This document shows positions 9,002 through 18,490 of a DNA stretch of 32,000 nt, in pieces. The translations under genes were made by a program, and so were the position numbers. The notes under the pieces are model-generated. The model was not told the DNA's origin. It did no database searches and worked only from the letters and a program-made list of their open reading frames with translations. The stretch comes from Candidatus Nanoclepta minutus (GTDB lineage Archaea > Nanobdellota > Nanobdellia > Nanobdellales > Nanobdellaceae): assembly GCA_003568775.1 (NCBI GenBank), contig MWMI01000001.1:60001-92000 (forward strand), written 5' to 3'. Position 1 is the first letter of the stretch. The number at the start of each line of letters is the position of its first letter.

Positions 9002-11582
9002 AGATTTAGAAAAATTTTTTCCTGTTAGATCCCTTAAAGATTTAGGTTATAAAAGGAGAAAATGTAAATTTTGTGGGAAGTATTTCTGGAGTAAAAATGA
9101 TAGGGATTTTTGTGGGGATCACGAGCCATATTCTTTTATTGGTAGGGAGATATCTGAAAGAAAATCGTATTTTGGTGTATGGGAAGATATAAAGGAGCAT
9201 TTTTCCAGTAAGAATTACCTACCTATAAAGAGGTATCCAGTTGTTGCTAGATGGAGGGATGATCTAGATTTTGTAATAGCATCTATTACAGTTTTTCAAC
9301 CATGGGTTACAGATGGGATAGTTAAACCCCCTTCTGAAAAAGTAATAATCCCTCAATTTTCTTTAAGGTTTAACGATGTTGAAAACGTTGGACTGACGGG
9401 AAGACATTATACGGGGTTCGTTATGATAGGACAACACGCTTTTGTTGATCCAAAGGATTATGATATAGACTCTTATTTTTTAGATTTGTATGAATGGTTT
9501 GAGAAGAAAGAGTTTCCGATAGAGGATTTTGTATTCCATGAGGATGTATGGTCTGGCGGAGGAAACGCCGGAACTTGCTTGGAATTCTTCATTTATGGTT
9601 TAGAGGTTGCTAATCAAGTTTATATGCAGTATAAAGTTGTAAATAATGAGTGGAAGGAACTATATAACTTGAAGATACTGGATGTTGGTATCGGACATGA
9701 GAGATTAGCATGGATAATGGGTGGAACTGTAACATCTTATGAAACTGTATTTCCAAGAACTGTGGAATTTTTAAAGAAAAACCTAAAAGTAGATATAGAT
9801 TACGATTTACTATCTAAGGCATTTTCCCTAGCAGCTAATTTTGATTTTAATGAAAGGAGTTTTGAGGAATTTGTTAAACTATTAAAAGAAAAGTTAGGAA
9901 AGGATTTAAGAAAGGAGATAGAATCCATTAAAGCTGTTTATGCTATTTCAGATCACTTAAGGAGTTTATATATAGCGATTTCGGATGGGGCTTTACCATC
10001 TAATATAGGAGGTAACTACAACCTGAGGTTTATTGCTAGAAGGGCCTTTGGACTTTTGGATAAGTATTTTGATAATTTAAGCTTAGAAGAGGTATTGAGG
10101 AAAATTTCGGAGGATTGGTTCGAGAATGAACCAAAGAATAATATTGGGGAAATTCTAGAAATACTTGAATATGAGAGGAAAAAGTATTTAGAAGTTAGAA
10201 AAAAAGCTAAAAGCCTTATAGGAAAGATAAGAAGCTTTGATGCAGAGACTTTATTCAATCTATATACTTCTTATGGAATTTCTCCAGAGATAATTAAGGA
10301 AAATATAGATATTCAGATACCAAAAGAATTCTACGATTATTTAGAGAAACATAAATCCAAATCAAGAGCTAAGACTAGGGAAAAAGGAGAAGAAATTGAT
10401 ATAAGTGGATATCCAGAAACTTCTAAGGAATTTTACAAAAGTTGGAAGATTTATTATGGATATGGAAGAATTTTAGGAATAAAAGATAGATATGTAATAT
10501 TTGATAAAACTGTCTTCTTCCCAGAAAAGGGTGGACAGAGGAGTGATGAGGGATGGATATTTTTTATAGATAAGCTAAGAGATTTCAGTTCAGATATTAT
10601 AAAAGATTTAAGTTTTCCGGATTATGTAAAGGATCTCCTAAAGGATTTCATGAGAGGTAATAAGAGGGATTTAAATGAATTTGAGAGTTCATATGCAAGA
10701 GTTTTAAGATGTTTAGAAGTTAAGAACGTTTTATTACATGAAGTTGACAGGGATGTTAATTATTCTGGAGATGTTTTGCAGGTTATAAACAGGGAAATAA
10801 GGTATAGAACCTCCAGACATCATACAGCAGTTCATATACTTACCGGGGTATTGAGAAAGAAGTATGGAAATCATGTTTGGCAGGCTGGTGCAGAGAAAGA
10901 TGAGAAGGAAGGAAGATTAGACGTAACTCACTATGAAGTTCCATCCATAGGAGAAATAATGGAAATAGAGAGGGAGATTAATAGGATTATCTCTGAAGGA
11001 AAGGAAATAAAGAAATACATACTCAGAAGGGATGAGGCAGAAAGAAAATATGGCTTCTCAATATATCAAGGTGGATTCATACCAGAAGTTAATTTAAGAA
11101 TAATAGAAATAGAAGGATTGGATGCAGAAGCATGTTCTGGAACACATTTAGATAATACATCGGAATTGGGAATTGTTAAAATAGTCGGGGTAGAAAAAAT
11201 CGCTGACGGTTTGATTAGGTTTAGGATAATTGCTGGAGATAGGGTTATTGAGGAATACAACAAGATTTTGGAGAAAATAAGGGAGATAAAGGAAAAATAT
11301 GGTATAAATATAGAGGATATAGAAAAGTATATTGAGAAGCTGGATAAAGAGAGGAACTATTATAATAAATTATATTATGAATTATTGGAGTATATAGTTA
11401 GGAGTATGATTAAAGATGGAAGGCTAATTGGAAAAATAGATGCCTTATCTGGAGATGTCTTAAGGATCCTATACAAGATTGGGGATTTGAAAGAAGTTGA
11501 GCTTGAAACAAAGGATTATGTAATATCTAGTAAGGAAGGAGAAAAAAAGGTTGGAAAGTTTTATTTAAAAAAGAAATCCTAA
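8970..11582 (+). CDS. alaS: alanyl-tRNA synthetase
   Basis: The N-terminal Zn-finger region (RRKCKFCGKYFWS) matches archaeal AlaRS. So do RYPVVARWRDD, WSGGGNAG, the editing-domain HHTAVH and CSGTH motifs. Length is 870 aa, and the 5' end overlaps the upstream ORF by 32 nt. Confidence 0.95.
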   Translation: MKFSKSEELSKDLEKFFPVRSLKDLGYKRRKCKFCGKYFWSKNDRDFCGDHEPYSFIGREISERKSYFGVWEDIKEHFSSKNYLPIKRYPVVARWRDDLDFVIASITVFQPWVTDGIVKPPSEKVIIPQFSLRFNDVENVGLTGRHYTGFVMIGQHAFVDPKDYDIDSYFLDLYEWFEKKEFPIEDFVFHEDVWSGGGNAGTCLEFFIYGLEVANQVYMQYKVVNNEWKELYNLKILDVGIGHERLAWIMGGTVTSYETVFPRTVEFLKKNLKVDIDYDLLSKAFSLAANFDFNERSFEEFVKLLKEKLGKDLRKEIESIKAVYAISDHLRSLYIAISDGALPSNIGGNYNLRFIARRAFGLLDKYFDNLSLEEVLRKISEDWFENEPKNNIGEILEILEYERKKYLEVRKKAKSLIGKIRSFDAETLFNLYTSYGISPEIIKENIDIQIPKEFYDYLEKHKSKSRAKTREKGEEIDISGYPETSKEFYKSWKIYYGYGRILGIKDRYVIFDKTVFFPEKGGQRSDEGWIFFIDKLRDFSSDIIKDLSFPDYVKDLLKDFMRGNKRDLNEFESSYARVLRCLEVKNVLLHEVDRDVNYSGDVLQVINREIRYRTSRHHTAVHILTGVLRKKYGNHVWQAGAEKDEKEGRLDVTHYEVPSIGEIMEIEREINRIISEGKEIKKYILRRDEAERKYGFSIYQGGFIPEVNLRIIEIEGLDAEACSGTHLDNTSELGIVKIVGVEKIADGLIRFRIIAGDRVIEEYNKILEKIREIKEKYGINIEDIEKYIEKLDKERNYYNKLYYELLEYIVRSMIKDGRLIGKIDALSGDVLRILYKIGDLKEVELETKDYVISSKEGEKKVGKFYLKKKS

Positions 11583-13387
11583 ATATACCTTTCTAATATC
11601 TCAATTGCCTTTTCTTTTCCAATAGACAATATTATACTTGCTATCTTTGGACCGTTTTCCTTTCCTATAAATATCTTATATAGCTTTTTATAGAAGTTTT
11701 TTGGATCCGTTTTTTCTTTTATTATTGAATGTATTTTTGTCTGTAGCTCATTATAATCATATTTTGAACTCTTGACAACTTCCATTATGTTCCTTATAAC
11801 TTCCCTTTCATTATCGCTTAATTCTATTTCTACCCTTCCTTCAACAATGCTTATTCTGTATATATCACTAGCATATCTAATTCCCCAAAATCCTGCTTTT
11901 CTACACCTCTCAAACGTTCTCATTAATTCATTCCCCCTTATATCGATTCCATAAGAGTTCTTTACTATATTCTTTATCCTTTCAAGTATTTCGTCTATAT
12001 CTTCATCGAATACAGAATAAAACGGTAGATCTGTTCTTTCTAAGTACTTTCTAGGTATAACTACTTGACCGATTATTGCTGCAAAGTAATATGGTAACCT
12101 AAACGGTCTTTTCTCTTTTATTTTTCCATGGTTTGATAGATAATATACTACTAGATCATCTATTTCTGCCAGATCTATTTCTGAAACCTTTTTATGATCT
12201 AATAAATCATCTATTTTAATTTCTCCCCTTTCTAATAGCTCTAGTGTTTTATAGACCTTTTCCTCAAATCTATCATATTCATCAACTAGTAAATGGAAGT
12301 TTTCTAATGATATATCTCTTTCCGTATCGGGTCTCTTTGTATAGAAGTATATTAATATTTCTGGTTCTGAAATCCTTAGGATTTCCGTTGTACTATATAC
12401 GTTTCCCTTGGAGGATGACATCTTCTTTCCATCTATTGTAAAGTAGTCATAGAATAAAGGTATTGGTTCCTCCCAGTTAAATACTTCCCTAGCGAACTTT
12501 GGAGATATTTTCCATGAAGATACCCAGTGGTCTTTTCCCATGGGTTCAATTATAGTTTCAAAGTATTTCCAGTTCCATGCCCATTCAACATACCAGTCTA
12601 TTTTTCCATTTCTTATACCGGTATATCCCTCATATCCGCATCCCTCGACGGTTTTCTTTTTAAGGTGTCTCCCACCGCAGACGTATCTTACTTGTTCTTT
12701 TTCCTTATCATATTCTGAAACAATTGTAGTACCAATCCTTCCACACCTTTCGCATATAACAGAAAATGCATATTCTCTTATGTGTTGTTTAAAATCTCTG
12801 TATATTTCCTTTATCTTTTCCTTATTTTCTAAAGTTAGCTTTACTCCCTCATCCCACTCTCCGGTTCTATATAATTGATCCGGAGAATAAACCTCTAACC
12901 TTATATTATCAGAAATACCTAATCTCTTTATTTCGTTTAGAAATACGCTTAGAAAATGTTCTGTCCAAGTTGTATGACACTTTAACGGATCTGGTATATT
13001 ACATACTGGAAAGCCATCGTATTTTTCTTCAAACTCTTTTCTTATTTCTTCTGGAAACTCTATCATATATCCATCTTTATCTACAATTATTGCTGGAAAA
13101 CCTCTTTGGGGATCCCTATCATCGATCGTAAAAACAACCCTTGCTTTATATCCTAGCATTTCAATAGCCTTTGCAATAAAATAGCTCCTAACTATTTCAT
13201 TTAGATGTCCTATGTGATATACTCCCGTTGGTGTTGAAGCGCACCTTACGGTTATAAAATCTGATTTTATTTTTCCCTCGCTTTTATATTTTAAGAACCT
13301 CTCTATTCCCTGTTTAGCAACCTGAACACTCCAATGTTTGCTTCTTTCGAATACCTCCTTCCAATCAATTCTTCCGATAAGTTCCAT
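11579..13387 (-). CDS. lysS: class I lysyl-tRNA synthetase
   Basis: A HIGH-like motif (YHIGHLNE) is present. KMSSSKGN is the class I LysRS variant of KMSKS. A Cys-rich insertion is also present (CERCGR...CGG...GCGYEG). Length is 602 aa. Confidence 0.85.
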   Translation of the reverse strand: MELIGRIDWKEVFERSKHWSVQVAKQGIERFLKYKSEGKIKSDFITVRCASTPTGVYHIGHLNEIVRSYFIAKAIEMLGYKARVVFTIDDRDPQRGFPAIIVDKDGYMIEFPEEIRKEFEEKYDGFPVCNIPDPLKCHTTWTEHFLSVFLNEIKRLGISDNIRLEVYSPDQLYRTGEWDEGVKLTLENKEKIKEIYRDFKQHIREYAFSVICERCGRIGTTIVSEYDKEKEQVRYVCGGRHLKKKTVEGCGYEGYTGIRNGKIDWYVEWAWNWKYFETIIEPMGKDHWVSSWKISPKFAREVFNWEEPIPLFYDYFTIDGKKMSSSKGNVYSTTEILRISEPEILIYFYTKRPDTERDISLENFHLLVDEYDRFEEKVYKTLELLERGEIKIDDLLDHKKVSEIDLAEIDDLVVYYLSNHGKIKEKRPFRLPYYFAAIIGQVVIPRKYLERTDLPFYSVFDEDIDEILERIKNIVKNSYGIDIRGNELMRTFERCRKAGFWGIRYASDIYRISIVEGRVEIELSDNEREVIRNIMEVVKSSKYDYNELQTKIHSIIKEKTDPKNFYKKLYKIFIGKENGPKIASIILSIGKEKAIEILERYI

Positions 13388-13432
13388 TCATTTTATAAGA
13401 AGGAAATTAAATTTTTTTATTTTTAATTTTTA

Positions 13433-14068
13433 ATGTTGCAAACAAATTGGAGTAGGCATTGGAAGAAATATAATAGGATAGATTATAGGGGATGGATAAA
13501 ATTTGTTAATAGGGCTTATAGAGACTTTTCTCGTTATATTAAGGTAAAAAATCCAAAAATAATTGAGTTAGGGGCTGGTACTGGATTAAATTCTCTGTTA
13601 TTAGCTAAAATACTTAATGCAAAGAAAGTTGTTTTGGTTGATAATAATGATGAAGCTTTAAAGATAAGTAAAATAAATTTTAAAAAGTAAAAGTTGGATA
13701 ACATAGCCGAATTTGTTAAGGCTGATATCTTTAAGTTAAAATTAAAAGAAAAATTTGATATAGTACATTCGGAAGGTTTAATCGAGCATTTTCATGGGGA
13801 AGATAGGATAAAAATATTTGAAAAACATGTAGAACTCTGTAAAAAGGGAGGATATATTATCATATTCGTTCCTTATATGAGTTTGAAATATAGAGTAATA
13901 AGATCTACTTTAGAATTCTTAAATCAATGGATCTATTACGATGAAGTACCTTATACTAAAGAAGAGCTTTACAATATGCTTAAATCCTTTAATTTAAAGG
14001 TTATTAAGATGTATAATCTACCACTTACTGTTTATGAAGTCGGATTCTTAGCTAGGAAGGATTTTTAG
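13433..14068 (+). pseudogene. class I SAM-dependent methyltransferase interrupted by a single in-frame TAA (13688-13690)
   Basis: Track ORFs 13433..13690 and 13694..14068 are in the same frame and separated only by taa-aag. The first carries motif I (IIELGAGTG) and post-I (VLVDNN). The second carries the rest of the fold (EFVKADIFKL...FDIVHSEGLIEHF...GGYIIIFVP). Confidence 0.6.
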
Positions 14069-14927
14069 AGAAGTATTCTTTTATTTTGCAGAATGAGCAT
14101 ACTATATCTTTAGAAGATGTTGGATAACCACATTTTATGCATTCATATACCTCTTCATCCTTAACTTCTATATTTATTTTCTCTAAGAAATGTATTGTTT
14201 GATTAAACAAACCTCTAAAATCTTTATCTATTTCATATATCTTATTTTTTATAACGTTTTGTGTGTTTCCTTCTGCGTATGGGCATTCTAACCTGCATAC
14301 TGGTAAGTTATTTATTAAAGAGAAAGTTAGGTTTTCTTTTTCAGTGAAATATATCAGTGGTTTAACCTTTTTAACAAATTTTCCTTTTCCTTCTAATACG
14401 GGTTTTTGTTTTACAATTGCATTTAGGTTTCCAGATCTTAAGTTCATGAAGAAGAAGGAAACTTCATCTGGCATCGTATGTGCGGTTGCTAATACTGTAA
14501 ATCCGTTCTCATATGCAAATCTGTTCATTAAGTATCTCTTTATTGTTCCACAGACAGAACATCTAGGTCTATTTCTAACCCTTTCAACTTTTACTCCGTA
14601 ATCGGATACTCTTATTATGTTTAGCTTTTTGTTTATTAATTTGAACAGTTCTTTTACTTTTTCCTCGCAAAAGTTAGAATAATTTGGTATTTCTAAGTTT
14701 ATATACAATCCTTCGAACTCATAACCTAGCAAATGTAAGGCATAGGCTAATGAAGAAGAATCCTTACCTCCAGAAACGGCAACCAATATTTTATCATCTT
14801 TATTAAACATCTCCCACTTTTCAATCGTTTCTTTGAGTTTATTTAAGTAATATTCTATAAAGTGTTCTTTACAGAACCTTACGGGATAAGATATTATTGC
14901 TTTTTTATCACACTTTATGCACTTCAT
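14052..14927 (-). CDS. ttuA: PP-loop tRNA 2-thiolation enzyme, TtuA/NcsA family
   Basis: The PP-loop SGGKDS is present. Zn-finger cysteines lie at the N-terminus (CIKC...C) and C-terminus (CIKC...CSFC), with a central CSVCG. This is the TtuA/Ncs6 architecture. Motifs alone cannot separate TtuA (position 54) from NcsA (position 34). Confidence 0.75.
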   Translation of the reverse strand: MKCIKCDKKAIISYPVRFCKEHFIEYYLNKLKETIEKWEMFNKDDKILVAVSGGKDSSSLAYALHLLGYEFEGLYINLEIPNYSNFCEEKVKELFKLINKKLNIIRVSDYGVKVERVRNRPRCSVCGTIKRYLMNRFAYENGFTVLATAHTMPDEVSFFFMNLRSGNLNAIVKQKPVLEGKGKFVKKVKPLIYFTEKENLTFSLINNLPVCRLECPYAEGNTQNVIKNKIYEIDKDFRGLFNQTIHFLEKINIEVKDEEVYECIKCGYPTSSKDIVCSFCKIKEYFSKNPS

Positions 14928-16277
14928 TTACTCTTTATTAAATAACTTTTTGTAAATATTACAACGCCTATTTTCAGGTTCTGGACAATATCCTATTATG
15001 CATTTTGATATAGGTAAGTTATCTTTAATTAACAGATCTCTTAATTTCTTATTTTTGATTAGATTTGGTATTTCTCTAACCTTTTCTCTTATTTCAAATT
15101 CGGCTGTATAGCAAGATCTTATCCTGTAAAATGAGAAGAAATTTAATAGGTTATTTAAGTCTATTTTTATTATAGTCCTTATTATGATATTCTGTGGTAT
15201 TAAATAAACTGCAAACCTCTCTCCATATTTTTCTTTAACCCTTTGATATTCCTCTATCGCAGAGTAAGTTAGATTTAGGTATCTTTCCAATAAATCTTCT
15301 CTGTTTTTTATCTCTGGAGGTATATATATGTTCTTATAATCCTTATGTGCTCTTTCTATCGATGAATAAATGCTTTCTGGATGAATATAAATGGTTCTAT
15401 GTCTTTTGAGTTCATTATAGCATGCAATTGAACATGGAAAGGATAGTACTAGACTATATCTGAATCCGTTTTCTGCGATTTTTTGTTGTACTTCCCAAGC
15501 TAGTTTTCTATCTCTATTTTTCCATAATTTATTTAATAGGGATTCTATGTTATCTAAGAATTCGTTTAGTTCATAACTATCCTCTTTTAATATCTTCAAT
15601 TCCCCATGCTCTATACTTTCGTACGGTTTAAATACAGATCTGATATCGAAGTTAAACTGTGGAGAATTTAGAATCGCATCAAGAAAATCAGATTTTAGAG
15701 ATTCCTTTATTTTGTTTAGAATCGTTTCTATTTCCGTTGGAATGTACTCTTGATAAATTGATATATATTTGTTGATAACTGAGAGGGATTCTAGGGGTAG
15801 TTGTAGAAAGATATGAGAGGGTGTAGATAGAGGTAATATCCTCCTTGCAACTTCGGGTCGGATTCCACGGTTAACCAATTCCCAATAGAATTTTAGTAGC
15901 TCATCTAATAATTTTACCTCTCCTATTTCTTTAGGAACATAATACCTATCTGGCTTTACAACTCTTTGGGATAGAACTAATGCTGAGGAAAATGGAATAG
16001 CTGTAAAGAATAGATCGGATATCCTTGTACCAACGATATTTAGATATACAGTAGGGGTTGTTGTTATAGAAGCATAGCCCCTTTCTATTGAATTTTTAAC
16101 TAGATCTTTATATAGTTCAAATTTATTCTCCTTTTCTGCTTTTTCCAATTTTCCAATGAAATCTCTTGAGGATTCCGTTGTCATTGCGGCAATAGAAGTT
16201 ATGATATCGTAATCGTATCTCTTGTATTTTGGGGCTATATTGATTATCTCTACGTTTAAATAGTTATCAAGGCTCAT
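14928..16277 (-). CDS. thyX: tandem-domain ThyX-like protein (flavin-dependent thymidylate synthase family)
   Basis: The second half has the ThyX signature RHR-x7-S (RHRTIYIHPES) and a C-terminal NLLNFFSFYRIR..AEFEIR block (compare N.RSL.NFL.LR..AQWEIR). The first half aligns to the same fold (PEVARRILPL, SQRV...YYVP) but lacks RHR. The stop abuts the ttuA-like start with 0 nt spacing. Confidence 0.6.
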   Translation of the reverse strand: MSLDNYLNVEIINIAPKYKRYDYDIITSIAAMTTESSRDFIGKLEKAEKENKFELYKDLVKNSIERGYASITTTPTVYLNIVGTRISDLFFTAIPFSSALVLSQRVVKPDRYYVPKEIGEVKLLDELLKFYWELVNRGIRPEVARRILPLSTPSHIFLQLPLESLSVINKYISIYQEYIPTEIETILNKIKESLKSDFLDAILNSPQFNFDIRSVFKPYESIEHGELKILKEDSYELNEFLDNIESLLNKLWKNRDRKLAWEVQQKIAENGFRYSLVLSFPCSIACYNELKRHRTIYIHPESIYSSIERAHKDYKNIYIPPEIKNREDLLERYLNLTYSAIEEYQRVKEKYGERFAVYLIPQNIIIRTIIKIDLNNLLNFFSFYRIRSCYTAEFEIREKVREIPNLIKNKKLRDLLIKDNLPISKCIIGYCPEPENRRCNIYKKLFNKE

Positions 16278-16377
16278 AATAATATGTTTTAGGAAAGGTT
16301 TTTATTGTGGTTTAAGGATATTGCATAGGTATAAACTTTATCAATTCTTTATTTTCATAAAAACATATATAATAATC

Positions 16378-17316
16378 ATGATAAATGTCTCTCTTCTCTC
16401 TCAAAAACATGAGATCGTAGAGGCAATTCTAGAAATAATGGGATATTCTCCTACGGATTATTATAAAATAAAAAGAGATATTTTCTTATTTAATTATAGT
16501 TTTGATAACCCTTTAGATGCCTTATCTTTTATAAAAAAGCTATATTCTAGTTATCTTTCAGTCTTTATTAATAGATATTTCATAACAGATTCTCAGACTA
16601 ACAAATTAAATGATATATTAAGATTACCCATGGGATTTTTAAGGGTAGTTGTATTCCCAAAAAGTTTAGAAAAGGAGATTCTAGAAACTTTAGAAAAGAA
16701 TAATGTAAAATTATCACCAATTAAGTTTGATTGGGTTTTATTTATCGTAAATCTTAAAGGTGAATATTATTATGGTTTATTCCCAAAAGAATATTTTGTA
16801 AGGAAAAAGGAATTTAGAACTATAAGTAGAGCATATTATAAGATTGTTGAAGCTATTGATAGGTTTAAGATACCTATTAATCTAGAATGGAAGGCATTAG
16901 ATATCGGAGCTGCGCCTGGAAGTTGGAGTGATTATTTAAGTCAAAAGTTAAAGTTAGTTGTAGCAGTTGATCCAGCTGAGCTAAAGATTAAAAGAGAAAA
17001 TATTATCCATATTAAAAAGAAAATAGAAGATTCATTTGAAGATTTGGATAAGTACAAACCTTTTAATTTAGTTACTTGTGATATGAATCAGGATCCTAGA
17101 GAAGTTGCAAAAATCCTATTAAAGTTATCTCCTTTTTTAAATAACCCTTCATATATGATTATGACGATTAAATTGATATACAAAGGTAAAAGAGCTAAAG
17201 AAAGATTGATAAAAGAAACTCTAGATATTTTAAAAGAAAAGTATAAAGTTATTGGAATAAAGAAATTAGTTGCTAATCATGAAGAGTTAACTGTAGCTTT
17301 AAAGTATGAAACTTGA
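16378..17316 (+). CDS. RlmM/FtsJ-family ribose 2'-O RNA methyltransferase with N-terminal THUMP-like region
   Basis: SRAYYKIVEA...W.ALDIGAAPGSW...VVAVDPA...VTCDM..PREVA...IKL...NHEELTVALKY parallels the C-terminal catalytic domain of RlmM. I use the ATG at 16378, because the track TTG at 16321 adds an implausible hydrophobic extension. Confidence 0.7.
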   Translation: MINVSLLSQKHEIVEAILEIMGYSPTDYYKIKRDIFLFNYSFDNPLDALSFIKKLYSSYLSVFINRYFITDSQTNKLNDILRLPMGFLRVVVFPKSLEKEILETLEKNNVKLSPIKFDWVLFIVNLKGEYYYGLFPKEYFVRKKEFRTISRAYYKIVEAIDRFKIPINLEWKALDIGAAPGSWSDYLSQKLKLVVAVDPAELKIKRENIIHIKKKIEDSFEDLDKYKPFNLVTCDMNQDPREVAKILLKLSPFLNNPSYMIMTIKLIYKGKRAKERLIKETLDILKEKYKVIGIKKLVANHEELTVALKYET

Positions 17317-17425
17317 TATACCAAGAGTATTTAAATTATATTATATAGATATAGAGAGACCTTTAGATTTTTGGGAAAGTACTTAAGTGGTTTGATATAT
17401 AAGTTTAAATAGACATTATTAATTC

Positions 17426-17992
17426 ATGATACAACAGCTTTTAGTATTACAACCACTCTTGGTTAAAGAGGTTCCGAAGGAGATAGAGCATGTCTTTAAA
17501 AAGATAGACGAAATCCTAGAAAATGCTAAAAAGGAAAATATCAGAGACTTTATTGAAAAGTATTGGATAGACTTTGGATATTATTATGGTTTACTTTCTT
17601 CCTATTACTTAAAGGAATCCGGAGAGAAGATATTAGAATACCCCTTGGAAGAACTAATGGAACATATTAGAAGAGATCTATATAAAATTGTAAAAGATGA
17701 AGATTATTTTGATCTTTTAGAATCATTGATCAAGTTAAATTATTGGGGATTAAGAATAGTTAAAGAATTTGGATTCTTCGTATATTTTAGAGAAATAGCA
17801 AAAATATTGAATATAGAAACTACAAAAAATTTAATTGTTGGATACATGCTTTTATTACTTCTAATAAAATATAACATAAAGGTAGATAGAAAAATAATTG
17901 AAGAAGTTTCACTAAATATAGATGGATTTGTCGAAGATTTAATAGACTTGTTCTATGAAGTCAAAGAGGAGTATATTCAATGTTTACAATAG
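17426..17992 (+). CDS. hypothetical protein (188 aa) in the antitoxin position upstream of a RelE-like gene
   Basis: The ORF has a TATA-like aagtttaaata upstream and overlaps the RelE-like start by 13 nt. I see no RHH, HTH or Phd-like motif. The C-terminal segment is acidic (EDLIDLFYEVKEEY). Confidence 0.5.
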   Translation: MIQQLLVLQPLLVKEVPKEIEHVFKKIDEILENAKKENIRDFIEKYWIDFGYYYGLLSSYYLKESGEKILEYPLEELMEHIRRDLYKIVKDEDYFDLLESLIKLNYWGLRIVKEFGFFVYFREIAKILNIETTKNLIVGYMLLLLLIKYNIKVDRKIIEEVSLNIDGFVEDLIDLFYEVKEEYIQCLQ

Positions 17993-18255
17993 AGTATACG
18001 GATAAGGTAAATAAGTTTTTAGATAAAGTAAAGAATAGAGATCCCATACTCTATAAGTCTATTGTAAGAAAAATAGAACAGATAGAAGAAAGTCCCTATA
18101 GATTTAAACCCTTAAGGTATGATTTAAAACATTATCGAAGGGTACATGTAAAAGAACCTTTTGTTTTGGTGTATAAAATAGATGAGAAAAATAGGAAGAT
18201 AATAATAATTGATATAGATCATCATGATAAAATCTACAAGAAGAGATTTGAATAA
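17980..18255 (+). CDS. RelE/ParE-superfamily toxin-like protein
   Basis: The 91-aa protein follows the pattern F.D.V...D......I..KI..I..SPY.FKPL...L..YRRV.V..PFVLVYKID...R.I.I.DI.HHD.IY. This is typical of archaeal RelE-family mRNA interferases. Confidence 0.7.
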   Translation: MFTIEYTDKVNKFLDKVKNRDPILYKSIVRKIEQIEESPYRFKPLRYDLKHYRRVHVKEPFVLVYKIDEKNRKIIIIDIDHHDKIYKKRFE

Positions 18256-18450
18256 TAACCTTAATGCTCAAGATCTCTTTTTAAAATATGGTAGAAATAT
18301 ATACCGTATGAAAATATTTAATACCAAATGGAAGGTTTTGATACCAATATTTAAATATCTGAGAGGGCCTTGAATATAAGAAAGATCAACCTCTATTGGT
18401 TTTTCTTAATTAAGGTAACTAATAGGGGGGAAGAATAGTTAGATTTTTAA

Positions 18451-18490
18451 ATATGTTAATAAATATTAACAAATGTTAGAAAATATTAAC
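18451..18490 (+). promoter_or_regulatory. tandem 20-nt operator-like repeats spanning the start codon of the wHTH-MNT gene
   Basis: The copies atatgttaataaatattaac (18451-18470) and aaatgttagaaaatattaac (18471-18490) match at 17 of 20 positions. Copy 1 contains the inverted repeat GTTAAT-aaat-ATTAAC. A TATA-like tttttaaata lies at 18444-18453. Confidence 0.4.

Noticed and set aside
11772-12878. Four + strand track ORFs inside lysS (11772-11954, 12244-12441, 12527-12718, 12540-12878)
   Set aside because: They lie antisense to a gene with clear class I LysRS motifs. Their peptides are hydrophobic and low-complexity, with no start context.
16321-16377. Track start (TTG at 16321) of the RlmM-like gene
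   Set aside because: The extra 19 residues (HRYKLYQFFIFIKTYIII) look like translated promoter DNA. The ATG at 16378 gives a sensible N-terminus and leaves room for a divergent promoter.
18306-18362. C/D-box sRNA-like spacing (AUGAAAA ... UGAUAC ... CUGA) in the RelE to MNT intergenic region
   Set aside because: Both putative C and C' boxes deviate from RUGAUGA. There is no D' box and no terminal stem. In AT-rich DNA this is indistinguishable from chance.
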